Assembly: GCF_009914755.1 (NCBI RefSeq)
Contig: NC_060935.1
Direction: 5' to 3' (one strand)
DNA from: the human T2T-CHM13v2.0 reference genome, Homo sapiens
DNA: 64,000 nt
Shown here: positions 15,443 through 28,163 of the stretch, in pieces
Layout: each line of letters opens with the position of its first letter
Numbering within the stretch: position 1 is the first letter of the stretch
The notes under the pieces: model-generated
Seen by the model: the letters and a program-made list of their open reading frames with translations, nothing else
Database searches by the model: none
What the model was told of the DNA's origin: nothing
Translations under genes and position numbers: made by a program

Positions 15443-15670
15443 GGCACAGCACTATAGTGCACTGTAAAGAACATGGAGTGTCAAAAAAAAAAAAAAGTTT
15501 GGATTTTAGTTCCAGCTCTGCTTACTGGCTGACTGATCTTTTGCAATGCATTTCAAGCTATATGAGCCTCAATTTTCTCAAAAACAGAATGAAGATAATA
15601 ATGATATTAACTTTCTCAGAAGAACGCTATGAAGATTTAATGAGATAGTTCACTCAAAAACACTATAAAA
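15443..15670 (+). mobile_element. MIR
   Basis: ccagctctgcttact...gagcctcaattttctc...gatttaatgagata core. Confidence 0.7.
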
Positions 15671-16283
15671 AGCTGGTGGAACACAAATTATATCAATTCG
15701 TTTTGTGTTCTCCATTTCATTTATCCAGGCTGGAGAAAGAATCTTGACTGCAACCAATAGTTAGCCTTACTTGTTTAGATATTTCTCCTTATGCTAAAAA
15801 GTTTCCTTTAATGTAAAGCTTCAGGCAGTTGTTAAGTCTGGATTATTTTCATGGTCCTAGCTGTTTATTATTCACTGAACCCCTTCTGTAATCCACTCTG
15901 ATGTCTATTTTAGACTGAGCTTGGGTGTATGATTGTCATTTGTATTAGGGCCTTTACTAAATTCCTATAACTGTATCAATCATTCTTCTCAACTACTCCC
16001 CCCTCAAAAAAAATATAGGCTAGGGTATTTTTATTTAATGATTTTATTCTACTATTGTTTGACCTACACTATGGAGACACAGACACACTGAAACACATGC
16101 ATCCATGCATACACACATTTGTTTTAAATTCTCTTCCAGTTTATGTATCAGTGACCTTGAACAAAGTCACCTAGATTCTGTGTTTCAGTTTTCTCTTCTC
16201 CAAATAAAAGAAGTTACTTTACATAAATTTGTTGGGATTCAATGAAATATTATTTAGAAATGTGCTGTGTGTGGCATATATGT

Positions 16284-16302
16284 CTAAAGGACAGAATTAA
16301 TG

Positions 16303-16341
<39 letters not shown>

Positions 16342-16715
16342 AATGTATTAAATACTCACATGATCACAAGGTCCCACAATAGGCCATCTGCAGGCTGAGG
16401 AGCAAGGAGAACCAGTCCGAAAAACTGAAGGATTTGGAATCCAATGTTCAAGGGCAGGAAGCATCCAGTACAGGAGAAAGATGTAGGCTGAGAGGCTAGG
16501 CCAGTCTCTGTTTTTATATTTTTCTGCCTGCTTATATTCTAGATGTGCTGGCAGCTGATGAGATTGTGCCCAACCAGATTAAGGGTGGGTCCACCTTTCC
16601 CAGCCCACTGACTCAAATGTTAATCTCCTTTGGCAATGCCCTCACACACATACCAAAGATCAATACTTTGTAACCTTCAATACAATCAAGCTGACACTCA
16701 GGATTCACCATCACA
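16284..16715 (-). mobile_element. MLT2A (MLT2A1-like) ERVL LTR with internal (TA)n
   Basis: aggtcccacaataggcc...gggcaggaagcatccag...ctgactcaaatgttaatctcc...accatcaca; (TA)n at ~16306-16338. Confidence 0.9.
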
Positions 16716-17345
16716 ATACACACGTATATATATATACACATATATGCACACATAAAATTGACTCCTCTTTCTGCTTTTATTTTCATTCATTTCTCTTAAG
16801 AAGGTTTAGAATTTCTATAGCAGAAATATCAAGAAAAATGATTTAGCTTTTGAAGTCCAGAATGGAATTTTTTAGTTATGAGAAAAAACAAATTTTCTTC
16901 TAAATTTTTAAGCTTCCACTGATACATCAGTACCCAAGCAACTTAAATATTAAAGTTACCAAAAGCCAAGGGTGAAGAACTCAAGGTGTGTTGATGAAAG
17001 GGAAGTCTGGTAGAGAGAAAAGCAAAGCAAAGTACAAATCCCTTCCTTTCTGGTTTTAGAGAAGAAACAGGAGATGTGGGATCAAGAAGTTGCAGTCTGT
17101 GTCCTAATTTCCACTCCCTGCCATGGGTGCGGAACCTTGAGCAGTAGATTGGGCCCTATTGGGGACATCTGGATGGTAACACAGACTCCAAAATGCAAGG
17201 GCTAATGACCCATCCCCTAGTCCGTGGGAGACTGCAAGTCTCTGGGGCATTTTGGGCTCCCCGAATTGTCTCTATGTGCCCAGACCACTTACAGCATGAT
17301 GTCTGGACACAGGATTCAGGCATCACTATTTGGAAAAAAAGCCAT

Positions 17346-17430
17346 CTCAGTGGATTCCAATATGGCGCCAAAGTCAAGAACCACTGCTCAGCGGATTCCA
17401 ATATGGCACCAAAGTCAAGAACCACTGCTC
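17346..17430. repeat. 41-bp tandem duplication at the end of a MER5-like hAT fragment
   Basis: ctcagtggattccaatatggcgccaaagtcaagaaccactg x2; gaaccactg is the MER5 terminal motif. Confidence 0.9.
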
Positions 17431-18045
17431 TTTGAGAAGTCAGCTCAAGGTCACATCCAAGGTGGCACAGGAGAGAGAGGGACAGAGCACAGCATTGGAG
17501 GAGGCAGGTGGCTAGAAAGGTGGGCTCTGAGGCAGTACTCTGGCCCTTTCCAGAACGTGTGTGTAGAATGCAGAAATCTTGAGGACCACATGTTCCAGGA
17601 GGAGAGTGGTGAGGAAGTGGAAGAATATGAGCTTCTCACCCCTAACAAGTGGACAGTACAACCAGAGCCGATGGCTGGCATTATAGACTTGCAACGGGAG
17701 CCGGAACAAAGCCTCAGGAGACAAAAAGAACCAGGCTTGCCTCAGTGAACATCAGTCCATGTAGACAACAAGCCTGACCTGTGCAAACCAGCCTCTTCAC
17801 AAAACAGAACAGCAAGAATCAAGGCCAAAAGGGAGACCTGAGGCTCTTTTTTTCCCCACCACTATGAGGTCACATAAGCATTTCCATACACCACCTGGAG
17901 GAGAAGCACAAAAGAGAAAGGGAATCTTGGGAGACCAGGTACTTACCTGAAAGAGAATTTACCAAAAATTTAAAAAATAAAAAATAAACAAAAGATTCCA
18001 ACTCTTTAAACCAGAATTCTAACGCATTGTTTTCTGGCAAGTGTA

Positions 18046-18119
18046 GACACACACACACGCAAACACACAAACAGAGAGAGAGGGAAAGAGAGAGAAAGAA
18101 AGAGAGAGAGAGGGAGAGA
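18046..18119. repeat. Imperfect (CA)n-(GA)n microsatellite
   Basis: Visible in sequence. Confidence 0.85.
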
Positions 18120-18599
18120 TCCTACTAAATGAACAGTGACTCACGCAGAAGAGTAATTGCCGATCCATGAAAATGCACTACATAAATTTGGGATTGATCT
18201 ACATGTGTGTCTTTATGTACACACATACAACCATGGTTATGCAATAACATAACCTTCCACTGTGCTAACAAATAGGACCAAGCATTTGGGGCTCAATTTG
18301 CTTAGAGATCCTAAGAGGCCAATCCACTTTACTTTCAGGAAGAGCAAACATACTGCTACATAAAGCAATGTCCCTTAGAGAAGGATCCTGACAATTGGAA
18401 GATTCACCCTTGCTTCTCAGCCAGCAAACAGGTTTTTGTGTCTTTTGTTCCCACCCCCCCACCCCAGTTCTCATTTTTAAAATGTCATTCTACTTCCTGC
18501 TCCCCTTGTGCTGTTCCTGATGCCTAACTCTTCCACCCCTACCTGTCACCCACTGCTTCTCCAGGGATATAGGCTGAAATGGTTCCAATCTGTGACACA

Positions 18600-18780
18600 C
18601 ATATTCTATGCCAGATGCTGTGCTAGATATGTTACATAATAATGGAACTGAACAACCTAAAAGGTTGAATATCTTTATGTTACAGATGACAAAGCCAAGG
18701 CTTATAGAGATTAAACATATTCACATTCACACAACTGGAAAGCAGGAGACTGATTGGAACTCAAATATTTCTGACTCCGA
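18600..18780 (-). mobile_element. MIR
   Basis: tatgccagatgctgtgctag...ttacagatgacaaagccaagg...ctgactcc. Confidence 0.65.
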
Positions 18781-21700
18781 AGAGACAAAAAAGACCCAGG
18801 CTTGCCTGAAGAGCTAACCACTCCCCAGTACAACTTCTCTGCAACCCCCCTCATTTATTCCTGTGGATGCATTAACTCAGTAAAGCTGTGTTTTCTAGAG
18901 AGTATGTGCTGTCAAATACCCTGTACCATTCTCTTTATAAGCACAGTTATGCTGCTCTATGTATTCTCATCTTCAGGTGGAAGAAATCATCTTCTTAAAA
19001 GCAGCCCCCAGCCCTGGTCCCAGCTTGTTATACCCTGGGTTTTTGTTTATGTGTTTTTTTTTTATCGTAACCTTACTTCTAATGCAAGAAAAGGCCCCTT
19101 TCTAGAGAGAACATCAGCTATGCTATACTTTGGTGCTCTGAAGTTCCTTATCTTTACCCATCTGAATATTTTCAATAGAAGACACTTTTTTTCCATCTTT
19201 CTACTTATTTAACTTGCTTCTTTGTTTTCTCTCTTTCCAGTAGACTGCAAGATTCATAAGAACAGAGTCCATAGCCCACATACAATGATCAATGTATATG
19301 TATACAGGCCTAGCACATAATAGACACTCAATAAATGTCTATAGGGTAAACAAACAAAAACATGTATGGTCTCACAGCAACCGATATATTCTGGTGCTTA
19401 CATCCTAAATCTCACAAATAGGGCGAAATTTTCCACAGATATGCACAATGACTAGAGGAGCAATAATATTAAAGCAAATGTGTCCTGTGCAGTCATTCTC
19501 GCCCAGCTGTATTTGTGTACATTGGGCACAGAATTCCCTTCCAGCTGCCCCTCCCTCCCATTTTATAGTCTTGTTTGGGTTTGATTTAGTGGGTGTGAAA
19601 GTCTGAATTGTTTAGCTTTGCTGTGGAATAGAGACCTATCTCAGTGACCCTTACTGCTTACCTGCAGTCACCCTACCCTCCTTATCTGCAGCACCATGTT
19701 TTTGATCTCTGTGATATGGCAATATTTTCCCATAGCCCCCTGGAATGAGAAAACCAGCTCATAAAGTGAAAAGTGATCCGAGCTCAGCACGCCCTGCCCT
19801 GATAGGCACCACCAGCAACATCAGACAGCGGGAACTCCCACTGAATAGAGGTTTGGACAACTGCAAGGTTTTACTGCTTTCTCCCCTTCCCCTATCTATT
19901 CAGCCTAATGGCAAGCCACTTGGCCCCAGCCCTCTATCCCTGCCACGCCAGTCCATTGGGTTACAAACATGCCCCATTCATCTCCACATTCACATTCCCT
20001 CTTCATCTTTTCTCCTTCCAGTGCATTCACTAATTTATACAAAATGCATATCAATCATCTATGAGATGTCAGTCATTGCACTGGGTGCTGGGAATATAAT
20101 AAGGGCACACACACACACACACTCCATCTTTGCAGACCAGCTCAAGCTCCATCTCCTCCAAAAGCCTTCCCAGATCCTCACAGCTTCCACAGTCTCTTAC
20201 TTCTGATTGCTGGTGACATTTAAGGTCTGTGCTCCACAACTAGGCACTTAGTCACTTCTTTCAGATGTTTTGCCATGGCTTCATATGGGTGAGGTCTGTA
20301 TTCACAAATAGAGTATAAACTTTTTGAGATCAAAGCCCACAACCTTCATTCCTAATGTGTTTCCTTAACAACCACTAATATAACTGCAGCGGCCTCCCTT
20401 ACCCCTCCATCCAGTACTTTTCTGTAGTGAACATGTTTTTTATGCAAGCCCTTTGGCATAAACGATGCATTGGTGCCAAATAAAGGTTCTGCAAAAAAAA
20501 GAAAAAAAAAAGAAGGGAAGGGAGAAGACTCTATTCTCTCTCCGTTTTGCTGAAAACAATTCAGCCCTGCATCTAGGCATGTCCCATCAACTCTGACCCA
20601 AATGATTGAGTAGAAGGGGGAGAGGATGACAAGGTGGGAAAATACACAGCTGATACAATGCTAATGTCAAGAAGCCTCCCAGAGTTCTGACAATTTGAAG
20701 ACCTAATGCTTCTAGCAGATTGGATTCTTTCGCTACATGTGCGCGCTGACATTCCAACAGCCAAAGGTCAAGATATGCACATGTGAGTGGCAAACAGGCA
20801 CTGTCTGAGGGGTGAGAGCAGGCTAGGCTGGCGAGAGCTGAGTGCAGTGGTGCAGAGACAGTCTCGGAGTCTTTAGCCACAGGACGGCTGACACAGGCCC
20901 ACAGAGTCTGGTCAGGGAGCAGATTGAGGCCCTGGGGATGGGAAGAGAAGAGAAGGTCTCTCTGTTCTGACCTGGAGTGGGAAGAAGGTGAAAGGGGAGA
21001 TTGCTGGGCCAAGGCAGTGACCCAGAAGGCCCGGCCAGAAGTAAAAACAGATGTGAAACAGAAGCTGTCAATGTCCTGGGGGCCAAGGGGATCTGCCCTG
21101 GAGGAGATGACCCCAAGTAAGATGCACTGTTGTTGATGTGTCTTCAGTGGGGCAGGCACTCAGCAATTAGGGCTAGACAGCCATGGTCTTGGAGAACTGG
21201 CCAGAGCACACAAAACACATTGTCTTTCTACATCATCAGGGAAAGGAATAGGCCCCTTTAGAGCCTGGAGGAGCAGCCTCCTTCCCAGTAACTTATTCAT
21301 GTGACAAATCTATGCTGTGTTCACTATCGGTTCAGGATGCCAGGGATGCTGAATTATAAAAGACACAGCCTTTGTCTTCAGATTATTTATTAATCAGCCA
21401 TACTAGTGCCAAAAGAAGAACTCAAAATCCCTGTCTCTCACCTGAAAATGATACAGAAGACTGGACCTAGGGGTGAGGCCTCTGCAAGCGGGGATTGGAG
21501 AAGCCTGACCTCAAATCTAGAAGATCCTATAATTTATATTGCATAATCACAGGTCATAGACTCAGCCACACTGTTGGGCTGTAGGAAAGCATTGGTTTAC
21601 TTCCAAGCAAAGAGGGATGCCTGTGAAGAGCCAGCAGTCCTTCCATTCCTGATTTTCCTCCTTCTACCAACCCACAGGAACATTCCTAGGCTGCCCCACT

Positions 21701-21879
21701 CTGAACCCAGTGTTCCTTCTGTAAGAAAGGCCAGATATGACTGTTTATTTTCAGGATGCATGCTAACAGGGCCGCCAGGAAGGTATCTCAGCTTTCATGC
21801 CAGAACCAATAGAGTATTCCCCAGCTGGAATTTAGAGTGATCCAGGCCTGAAATCTCACTTTCAGCAATAATTAAAATT

Positions 21880-22400
21880 TTATTAGTGCTTCAGAATTTA
21901 AGATATGTGTTTCTCATTCACCATTTCATTTAATTATCATGACATTATATTGTTATCCCACTTACACAGAAGATAAAACTGGGGTTAAGAGAAGTTATGT
22001 ATCCAAAAGTCACTGAACAAATAAGTTACAAAGATAATTATCAAGTCAAAATTAGATCCCCTGTTATGCCTCCTTTCTTCTGCACTACTCATTCCCTCCA
22101 GTAAGACCTTCCTCCTTTCTCTTGCCAAACATCCACTAATCCCAGGTGAAATACATCCCTTCTGTGAAGGTTTCAGAGACTTTTCCCCCAGTGAGCTGCT
22201 CCCTCTTTTAGATGTCCACCCTTATTTGTTTAAAGTATACCGGCTCACAGTGACTCTTAATACATTGTCTTGTCATTTTTTTTTACACACCCATTTTCTT
22301 GCTATAAATTTTCTGAGAATTTTTGTTGTGTTTTACCTATCCTGGTGTCTAGCTCAGTGGCTGACATACAATAGGTGCTTAATAAATGTTTATGGAATAC
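21880..22400. mobile_element. MIR (-) followed by L2 3' end (+)
   Basis: atcccacttacacagaagataaaactggg; cagtggctgacatacaataggtgcttaataaatgttt. Confidence 0.6.
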
Positions 22401-23843
22401 AATTCTCTTTTGCTCCAAATCTCAGGTACTTTCCACAACAGTAGACTTCCTCTCTATTTCCAAAGAGAAGGTAGAGAGATAGGTACACCCACCAAATATA
22501 CTCAACCTCTTCCTACTGACCTAGTTCCTCAAATTGAGGAGCCTAAGTAAAAACAGTGTATCATCCTCCAGGCTCTCATTTAACATTTGGAGTCCTTGGG
22601 CAATAATAGAAATGGAGAATCACATACTATAAGTCTAAATATTCAAACGCGACACATCAAGCTAATTGACCATCAGCTTAAAAAAAATCCTATCCTTTTA
22701 CCTGTCAATTTACCTTCATAACCATCTACAAGGCCTGGCCCAAACTCAGAATTCTCAGTTTCTTATGGATTCTCTGCCAGCACATGGAAGGGTGAAGTCA
22801 GCTCACACCTGGCCCACCCACCCGCCATCACCTCTGTCTTCCAGCCTGGAAGTTCATCTCCATCTGCACTCCCATAAAGAGCCATGCCTTGGCAATCCTT
22901 CAGATTAAGATGTGCCCAGGACCTGCCTTCCAGAGAACACACACTAGGAAGGGGCACGAGAATACCCTGGAAATGGCTAGAGGCCATTTGGACAAGGAAT
23001 TCCAAATGTGTGTCCCTGTGCAGCCTCTGGCCCCTTCAAAAAGAAAATATATTTTACTTGGAAATGACCGACAGAATATGGCTGAAACTCTTCTTCCATT
23101 TGTGGTAGAGCTGAATCTCTTAAAATGCCCAGTTCTTGTCCCTGAAGAGGAGAGAGAGTCCAGCCTACTTGTCCTGGGGCTAATTGAAGTGAAAGCTGAT
23201 TAGATTCCTACTGTCTAAACTGTTCTTGTTACTGAGATAACAGGTCTGACGAGGCAGGGAATTTCAAGGGCCAACAGCCCAGGCATGCAATCTGTTTTTC
23301 CAGTGTTTTTTCCTGATAAAAAAGAGATGGAAAAAACTTATGTTTATATCCTTGCCAATGAATTTCCATTTGATTTTGGGGGCAAAAGGCAAAGAAAGTG
23401 CTATGAATTCAGTCAGCAAAGTGGTAACAACCAGCTGTGTGTTGCTCTGGAAGCTGTTTAGAGCTGCCTCCAATTTTTTTTTTTTTAAGAAAAGTTGTCA
23501 CTACCTGAAAAATTGCATAAGGGGCAAGAGAGCTTTTTTTGATAAAAGGCTAAAAACAAGACCTGATAGAAACCGAAATCCCACAGAAAGCATTTGAAGC
23601 AAGTGAATGCTGAACTGAGGATGGGCTACGCATTCTATTAGGAGATCATCCTGCCCAGGCCCCTATCCACAACCCACAGGGATAAACAGGGTAAAGAAAG
23701 GAGGACCAGAGCAGAGGTGGGTGTGGCTTCAGTAGAACTCAGCTTATCCAGAAACCAAGCTGAAATTTCAGCCACACTCTGTGGGTTTCCCCAGAATTTG
23801 TCTTCTGAACACTCTATAAATCCCAGAAGACTGAAGGGCTTCC

Positions 23844-23933
23844 TATTGAATTTCAGTTGTCCCATTGGACTCAATATTTTTATTGAGAATTTAATATTTT
23901 TATTGGGTCCAATGGGACAACTGAAAATCAGTA
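23844..23933. repeat. Inverted repeat: 33-bp arms, 24-nt spacer
   Basis: Arms 23844-23876 and 23901-23933 differ at only 3 positions. Confidence 0.95.
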
Positions 23934-25076
23934 TTTTTGGGATATTTTGGGAAACTCATCAGCCAAGGTCCTAAGGCCTGGCCAGGTCATGAGTCCCTTC
24001 TGATTAGATGATCGTTACTCACATCTTAGAGACCATTCCCACTTTAGAGAGGAGTAACTAAAGGAATATTTATAGAGTTTTCCCTAGTGGGATGGCAGTT
24101 TCATATTATCTATGGAATCAGAGCACTTTAAATTGATTCCCACATGTCAAAGAAGAAAATTGGCAAGATTAATGATTTGGGTAAATGATTGCATTGGATT
24201 TCTTCTGTTTTCAGTCTCTTGGTTTGGTATCATACTGCTACGAGGTGAGTGAATTTTCCCTTGTCCACACCCTCTTGAAGCAGATAAATGGCTTGTGTCC
24301 CACTATTATTTTAATATTTTATGTTCTTCACATCCTTCCTTAATTTCTGCGTCTCTCCAACATTTGCACTATTAATCTGTGTGGTCTCGATGAATTTGTT
24401 GAGAGGGGCAGGTGTGTTGCAAAACATACAGAGTTCTGCTTTTCCTTCTGACTGTTGAGTTGACTTTCAAAAAAAATAAGCTAAGGGCAGAGTGGGTTTT
24501 ATGTTTCTGTAGAAGCTTTTGTTCTCTGACTCTGGTAAGAGGTGATGTGGGAGAAGATGGTAACGAGAACTGATAGACTACTGGGGAGTTATTAAAGATC
24601 CCAGGCCAATTTGGGGATGAATGGAAAATTTTTGAGAGAAATTAACTTTCAAAACCACTTATAAGACTGATTTCATTCACTCCTAAGATATGTATCTTGT
24701 GTTTACATGAGGTAATAGACAAAAGGAAAGAAGGCTTAATAGAGAAGCTGAGCTTTGAGCTGGAGTTGGAAGAATGAGTTCAATTTCCATAGCTGGTGAA
24801 GAGAATTACAGCCAGAAGGAAGAGCTGGCCTAGAGGCATGGAGGCACCAATGTTTTGGGCACATCAAGAAATATGAAGAGGGAAATGCACCAAGTATTTA
24901 TGAAATCCAAAGGCTTCTGTCCTTGGCCAAAGTATAGCCCATATGGAAAAACAGTTGTCTGGATGACATTTTTGCTCACTGTACAGCCCTTCCCAATTCA
25001 GTCTAAATAATTAAAAAGTCCCTTCATTCTGCCAGCCCTTGATCTCTCACCTCACAAAACTATTTATGTGCATGAT

Positions 25077-25108
25077 CACACACACACACACACACACGCA
25101 CGCACACC
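25077..25108. repeat. (CA)n microsatellite
   Basis: Visible in sequence. Confidence 0.9.
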
Positions 25109-26399
25109 CGCATACATATTGCCCTGTTCTATTTACCTGCCCGGCATACAAAGTTCTGTCATTGTCGTAAATAAAGAGATATGTTTATTGAAGACAAAGC
25201 TCAGCTAGCATCTCTTATCCAACTGTAAACTCCACAATCATAAGCAATTGTAAGCACAAGCATATACTTAATAAATATTTGGTGAGTTGAAGTGAATGAG
25301 ATCAGCCAGCAGGATAAGACATTGTATATGCAAAGCTTTCCCTTGGGATTCTTAGGTTTGTATTCTTGACTTTTCCCCCAAATATACAGAAGACTGATGG
25401 GAAGACAGTGTCATCCTTTGTTTCCGTTCAAGAGCAAAGGAAGGAAAATAGCACATGTTGAGTGTCTACTAAATATGTTATTCACACTTATTTCATTTTA
25501 TTTACCTAAAAATTTCCCTATATTATCAAGAGGTTGGAGGCTCCAAAGGCCAGAGGGACTCTAAGAGGAACACAGCTGGCCTGCAGCAGAAACGGGGTTG
25601 ACACTCACATCTGCATGATTCCAAGGGCCCCTGCTGCCCCAGGCTCTGCTCCTTCCTCCAATGCTTCCTGGGAATCTGGGTAGTCTTTCATTTTACTAAA
25701 ATGAAATTCCTAAAGTTCTCCTTTAAAATGAAAGTTTTTTATCTCCATTCACAAAAAGAAAAAAAAAAAAGAAAGAAAACATCCTCTGACCAATGGAAAA
25801 AATAATCCATTGCTTTGCTTGCTGGCAAAGGGCCCAATCGTGTGGGCCAGGCTGTGAAAGAGAGGGAGAAAGATTCTCATGGAAAGCAACCACTCCACCC
25901 ACTCATATTTGTGTTTTTCTGAGGTTAGCCCAGGGCCCCCACCACTGACCAGCACATCACTTTGGTGACTGTTCCCACCATCAGCACCCAGATAGCACAG
26001 AGGGCTGAGGCATTCGAATCTTATCACCCCTATTAAAAGATAAAACCTAAAATTCAACCCTTATCAATATAAGCTTCATGCACTCCATTCAGCGCTTACA
26101 AGGAAAGCATACAATATGTTTCTGATTGTGGCTCAAGTCAGACCCAGGCAGCCTTTGCCTTGCCAGTGCGGCCTTGAAAAAGGTAATTAAAAACAGAGTA
26201 GTCTGCTTTGTTTTGATATTGGCCAGACCTTCTCTTTAGGAAATATATGGTAATAAAATGGATGAAATGAGGGGTAAAAAGAATGAAATCAACATCCTTT
26301 AGCAAAGTCACCCAAATGCTTTGTGAAGATCCATGTTTCTTCCTCGTGGGCTGTTCACAGTTAATTTGTGATCCCATCTTCATCTCACTCATCCGCCCA

Positions 26400-27250
26400 T
26401 TCACTCATTCAATGTGTGTGAATGCCCTCCATAAATTTGTACTGTGCTAGTCACTGAAGTACAGAGCTGAATAAAACAAGACTGCTTCTCTCAAGGAGAG
26501 GAGAGGATAAAGGATATAAACAAATAATTATTTTGGAAAGGATCTTAGTCTACCTCTCCAGCTTTTACTAACACCATGATGAACTCTGCCCCCCACTACA
26601 GTTTCACGCTGCGTTTCACACTATGTTCTGCAAGCACCTGATGACTTGAAGCCTCACAAAGGCATCATCCTTTGCCTTCAAGATGTGGCCTCTGTTTCTC
26701 CTTTCACTACTGGTGTGCTACCCTGCCCTCTCTTCCCAGTTAATTCTTACTCATCCTTCTAGGCTCAGCTCAGGTGTCAGTTTATCCAAAAGGTAACAAT
26801 GATGTCTCCTCCCCATAGGTTATGTGTCCCTCCCATCAGCTCCCAAAGAATGTCTCAGATTTTCCCAACACACCCTTCACACACTTAACATTGTAATTAT
26901 CTGGATATTTTTCTTTCTCGTTTACTATATTGAGAAGGCTAAGAGGGAATGGAGTCACGTTACAATTGTTTTGGAGCCTAGCTCAATGCACAACGTACAA
27001 GTGCTCAAGAAATGTGGAAAGAAGAAATTAACTGTTTTTGTATAAAGGAGGGAGAGGTCAATTCTGGAGTAGGGAATCAGAGAGGGCTTCACAGAAACTA
27101 TTGAATTGAATCTTGAAGAATTAACGTAAATTCACCAGATGGACAAGTTTCAGAAAAAAACTTTCCAGGAAAAACAAACAGTACATACAAAACCAAAAAG
27201 AAAGAAAACAAACATTCAAAGAAATGTAAGTATTTAACATGTCTGGGGTA
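26400..27250. mobile_element. Cluster of L2 fragments (both orientations)
   Basis: cattcactcattcaa...; ctcatccttctaggctcagctcagg; agagggcttcacagaa. Confidence 0.6.
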
Positions 27251-27255
27251 TAAAT

Positions 27256-27707
27256 TGCGATGATTAAAATTTGGCTATGATTAAGAAGTTCACCCTCACC
27301 AATGTGAATGGGCATCATCCAATCCACTGAAGGTCCAAGTAGAACAAAGAGACAGAGGGAGGGTAAATTCTTTCTCTTTTTTAGAGCTAGGACATCCAAC
27401 TCTTCCTACCCTAGGATATCAGAGCTTCAGGTTCCTGGGCCTTTAGAATCCAGGACTTAACACTGGTGCCCACCCCCCTTCCAGCACTACTTCTACCCCC
27501 AGCCTCATTGCCACCCTGGGTTCTCAGGTCTTTGGACTCAGTCTAAATTACACCACTGGCTTTCCTCATTCTCAAGTTTGCAGATGAAATATCATGGGAC
27601 TTCCTGGCTTCCATAATCACATGAGACAATTGCCCTAATAAATCACCTCTTATATATTTATATATAGCCCCTTGGTTCTGTTTCTCTGCAGAACACTGAC
27701 TAATACA
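27256..27707 (+). mobile_element. MLT2B-like ERVL solo LTR (internal deletion near 5' end)
   Basis: ccctcaccaatgtg..gggcatcatccaatcc...aataaa...ggttctgtttctctg...ctgactaataca; TSD taaat/tagat. Confidence 0.87.
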
Positions 27708-28123
27708 TAGATTATCAAGTGGTAAAGTAGCAAGAGATGAGGTTGGAGAAATACACATGGAGTAAACCATGGAAGGGGTAATACATTTGCATCGTATCCT
27801 ATAGGCGTGTAATAGAGAATATAATCCTTACCGTTTCCCTCGCCAGCATATGCACAAGAGATAATTCTAATAGTGTGCTAACACAACACAACATGAAAAG
27901 CAAATCTACTGTACAGAAAATAATCTATATTTTGAAACTAAATAGGTACAACTTTGAAGTATTCACTAGTTTTGATGATCTACTCAATTTCAGCAACACA
28001 GGGGATAATGGGACTTATTTAGGGAAAAAAAAATTGTTTAAGCTCCACCTGAATTAGGTCGTCAGACCCTGAGGTCCAGGCATGCATGTTTTGAAAAAAA
28101 TCTTCACAAGTAATTTCAGTATG

Positions 28124-28163
28124 CACACACACACACTAACACACACACACACACACACACACA
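28124..28163. repeat. Interrupted (CA)n microsatellite
   Basis: Visible in sequence. Confidence 0.9.

Noticed and set aside
17156-17748. Overlapping ORFs up to 174 aa
   Set aside because: They run through a MER5-like fragment and its 41-bp duplication, with no recognisable domain or exon structure.
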